DNA of 64,000 nucleotides from Gammaproteobacteria bacterium (GTDB lineage Bacteria; Pseudomonadota; Gammaproteobacteria; S012-40): NCBI GenBank assembly GCA_029883265.1, contig JAOUJM010000001.1, positions 10,511 to 74,510 of the forward strand, read 5' to 3'. Shown piece by piece: positions 61,677 to 64,000 of this stretch (position 1 is its first letter; each line of letters starts with the position of its first letter). The notes under the pieces were generated by a model. It saw only the letters and a program-made list of their open reading frames with translations, ran no database searches and was not told where the DNA came from. The position numbers and the translations under genes were made by a program.

Positions 61677-62652
61677 TTCGGCCTCCCACCACAGCCAACT
61701 GATCGCCAGTCACTCTCACTTGATAAATTAAACCGCTGCGAATGTTTTTTACATCAATGTAATCACCCACCTGTCCATCAGACAATGCTTCAGCATCCGC
61801 ATGGATGACAACTGCTCCTTGAGAGACCATGACTTTTAACTTTTCACCTTTGCTTACGGCAGGCAAGACTTCTATACTTCGCCTTGTTAACACATCGCCT
61901 TGTTTCACTGACAAACGCAAACGATTACCTTCAAGTAGGGAAGCTTTATTCAAATGCTCCGGAAACAAGGTAATGTCTTTTTGCTCCAGCAAAAACTGTT
62001 GTGTTGACAGGTGTTGACCGCGATCTAGGTCATGTCGAGCGACATAAACCCAATCCTTAATTTTGACTTCAAACCAAATCGGCACAGACTGATACAATAC
62101 ACTTTGGCTGTGGATATCAACCCAAACACACATACGTCGATGTGGATTCAAGGGCTCAGCTAATCTCACTCGTAAATCATAGGGTGCATCGGGAATCAAT
62201 AAATCTTTTAACAAACTTTTTTCATTGATATTCACTATTGAATATTCTTCACTGAGTGTTTTGTATAGCGCATCATAAGCAGGTTTCAAAATGGTCGTTC
62301 TTGTCAATTTGGTAGCCTTTGTTTTCACTTTTACACTCAACGGGCCCTGCCAATGTATGGATTCGTTATGTAGAACATTAGCTTTCTCCAATTGCGCTTG
62401 GATTTGCAAACGTGCAATAGTCTTGCTTTGCCCAGCAAGCGGTGCCTCGGAGATCATTAATTGTTGCAACAATGCTTTCTCGCTAGTATCAGTGGTTAAA
62501 ACTTCCACAAGTTGTCCTAACATGATCACTGGTGTATTGACTTGCGTATTCGTTAACAACTGTAACTCCACAGCCGCATTGGCAATGCTATGCAGCAGAC
62601 CGAGGAATGCTGTCAATATCAAAACCATTAATTGTCGCTGGTAAAATCTCAT
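61660..62652 (-). CDS. flgA: FlgA-like P-ring assembly chaperone (long form, 330 aa)
   Basis: Signal peptide. C-terminal SAF/beta-clip pattern VKQGDVLTRRSIEVLPAVSKGEKLKVMVSQGAVVIHADAEALSDGQVGDYIDVKNIRSGLIYQVRVTG. Confidence 0.7.
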   Translation of the reverse strand: MRFYQRQLMVLILTAFLGLLHSIANAAVELQLLTNTQVNTPVIMLGQLVEVLTTDTSEKALLQQLMISEAPLAGQSKTIARLQIQAQLEKANVLHNESIHWQGPLSVKVKTKATKLTRTTILKPAYDALYKTLSEEYSIVNINEKSLLKDLLIPDAPYDLRVRLAEPLNPHRRMCVWVDIHSQSVLYQSVPIWFEVKIKDWVYVARHDLDRGQHLSTQQFLLEQKDITLFPEHLNKASLLEGNRLRLSVKQGDVLTRRSIEVLPAVSKGEKLKVMVSQGAVVIHADAEALSDGQVGDYIDVKNIRSGLIYQVRVTGDQLAVVGGRNEDNS

Positions 62653-63428
62653 CGTTTTAAATTATTCACAATTCCCATTAATTCATCAGCGGCTTGTATT
62701 ACTTTTGAATTTATTTCATATGCCCGTTGTGCCAACATCAAGCTTGAGAGTTCTTCGACTAGCTTCACATTGGATGATTCAAGAAATCCTTGTGCGAGCG
62801 TACCACTACCGTTTTCCCCAGGTGTATTATAAATGGCATCACCGCTTTGACGATTTTTAAGATAAAGATTATTACCGATCGGTTCCAATGCTGTTTGATT
62901 GACAAAACTTGCCAACTCCAACTCGCCGAGCTCCATGAGCTCTTGTTCACCCGCAAGTTGTGCCAGCACTTTTCCATTGGGTTTTACCAGTAGCTGTTCA
63001 GTATCACTAGGTACTGAAATCATCGGATTTATCATATGACCATCTGCATTCACCAAGTAATTATCCTGGTTGACACTAAATGCGCCCGTACGTGTATAAG
63101 CAAAACTGCCATCCGGCAAAACCACTTCAAAAAAGCCATCACCATTGATCGCAAAATCATATGGACTTTCGGTCTGTTTCATATCACCGGTTGAAAATAT
63201 TTTTGAGGTGCCAGTAATTGCCGAGCCCAATCCTGAAAATTTTTGTGATTCTACTTGCGTTAGTGGAATAGCGGCCAGGTCATTACTCGATCGGTACATC
63301 AAGTCTTCGAAATCAACCCGGCTCTTTTTAAACCCAGGGGTATTCACATTTGCCAAATTGTTTGCGATCACGTCGATTGCGGTTTGTTGGGTTTGCATGC
63401 CTGTTGCGGCAATAAATAACGAATCCAT
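62649..63428 (-). CDS. flgG: Flagellar distal rod protein FlgG
   Basis: 259 aa; MDSLFIAATGMQTQQTAIDVIANNLANVNTPGFK ... GFLESSNVKLVEELSSLMLAQRAYEINSKVIQAADELM. Confidence 0.92.
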   Translation of the reverse strand: MDSLFIAATGMQTQQTAIDVIANNLANVNTPGFKKSRVDFEDLMYRSSNDLAAIPLTQVESQKFSGLGSAITGTSKIFSTGDMKQTESPYDFAINGDGFFEVVLPDGSFAYTRTGAFSVNQDNYLVNADGHMINPMISVPSDTEQLLVKPNGKVLAQLAGEQELMELGELELASFVNQTALEPIGNNLYLKNRQSGDAIYNTPGENGSGTLAQGFLESSNVKLVEELSSLMLAQRAYEINSKVIQAADELMGIVNNLKR

Positions 63429-63439
63429 AATGTTTACTC

Positions 63440-64000
63440 CTATAAATTGCTGCCTAGACTACGAATAGCCGAGTCCATCATTTCGTCATACGTTTTCATG
63501 ACACGTTGCGCTGATTCAAAGTGTCTTGTAGTTGCGATCATGTTAACCATTGCCTGCATGGTATTGACATTTGAGTTTTCCAAATAGCCAGGACGTAGGG
63601 TTAGCGAATCGTCATTGACCGGATGTGGCTCGGCCCCATTGAACCTAAATATCCCCCCGCCTGCTTTTTCCAAGGATGAAACTTCTCCCGTGCTATATAA
63701 CTGCAACTGTGCCACAAGATTATCGCCGTCCCATATGCGCCCTTGCGAATCAATTCTAGGACTGGAGGTGTTTAGCATGATGTCTCCGCTTGTTCCTTGC
63801 ACCGCGTATCCATGCTGGCTGACTAAACGTCCGCTTTGATCAATTGAAAAATTCCCTTGACGGGTAAAAAATGATTGACCGTTTGAATATAATTTGAAAA
63901 ACGCATTTGTTTCAATGGCCACATCGAGAGGATTACCGGTGAACTTGAAAGTGCCGGGCTGCATATCTACCTGTGTAACAAGGCTTTGATTGTCTGGTAA
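63440..64000 (-). CDS. flgF: Flagellar rod protein FlgF, C-terminal part (5' end beyond window)
   Basis: The frame stays open upstream of the listed Met to position 64000 (...LPDNQSLVTQVDMQPGTFKFTGNPLDVAIE...). C-terminal GYLENSNVNTMQAMVNMIATTRHFESAQRVMKTYDEMM. Confidence 0.85.
   Translation of the reverse strand, partial: LPDNQSLVTQVDMQPGTFKFTGNPLDVAIETNAFFKLYSNGQSFFTRQGNFSIDQSGRLVSQHGYAVQGTSGDIMLNTSSPRIDSQGRIWDGDNLVAQLQLYSTGEVSSLEKAGGGIFRFNGAEPHPVNDDSLTLRPGYLENSNVNTMQAMVNMIATTRHFESAQRVMKTYDEMMDSAIRSLGSNL

Overview
AT-rich proteobacterial accessory and flagellar region, coded almost entirely on the minus strand. From right to left:

1. 47.1-64.0 kb: a flagellar-type basal-body/hook/export cluster. 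Order is flgF (partial)-flgG-flgA-flgH-flgI-flgB-flgC-fliE-fliF-(short fliG-like)-fliH-fliI-fliJ-(fliK-like)-flgD-flgE-(short fliM-like)-fliN-fliO-fliP, then a FliA-type sigma factor and two TPR proteins.

2. 41.07-47.44 kb: a ~5.5 kb insert bracketed by a 456-bp direct duplication of the 3' end of the TPR gene. It holds an outer-membrane barrel, two lipoproteins and decayed mobile-element and small-gene remnants.

3. 21.8-41.0 kb: one 19,155-nt ORF for a 6,384-aa YD-repeat (Rhs/teneurin-like) polymorphic toxin. It has twin beta-propeller-like repeats, five LysM-like modules, beta-sandwich inserts and a hydrophobic/glycine-zipper segment.

4. Key observation: IS66-type inverted repeats (18733-22839) with a perfect 8-bp target duplication (CTGGCCAT) enclose three things. 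These are the last 330 codons of the giant ORF (GHSLGG lipase-type domain), the downstream ankyrin-repeat immunity-like gene, and a tnpA-tnpB-tnpC set. The right IR is itself translated (VSVQNSAP). Removing the element restores an in-frame ORF ending in a TNT-like NADase domain. A second, diverged element of the same design (6847-10500) carries a lytic-transglycosylase-like toxin domain plus a secreted immunity-like gene.

5. 0.9-18.7 kb: an array of about 16 orphan toxin C-terminal modules that lack their own start codons. Each is followed by small immunity-like gene(s). Each opens with a conserved junction GTAGTTCCAAACAA = (V)VP(N/D)K that often contains or abuts the stop codon of the preceding immunity gene.

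6. 1 to ~900: a partial IS110-family element capping the array.

No rRNA, tRNA or CRISPR array was seen. Functional family names are motif-level calls made by eye, not database hits.
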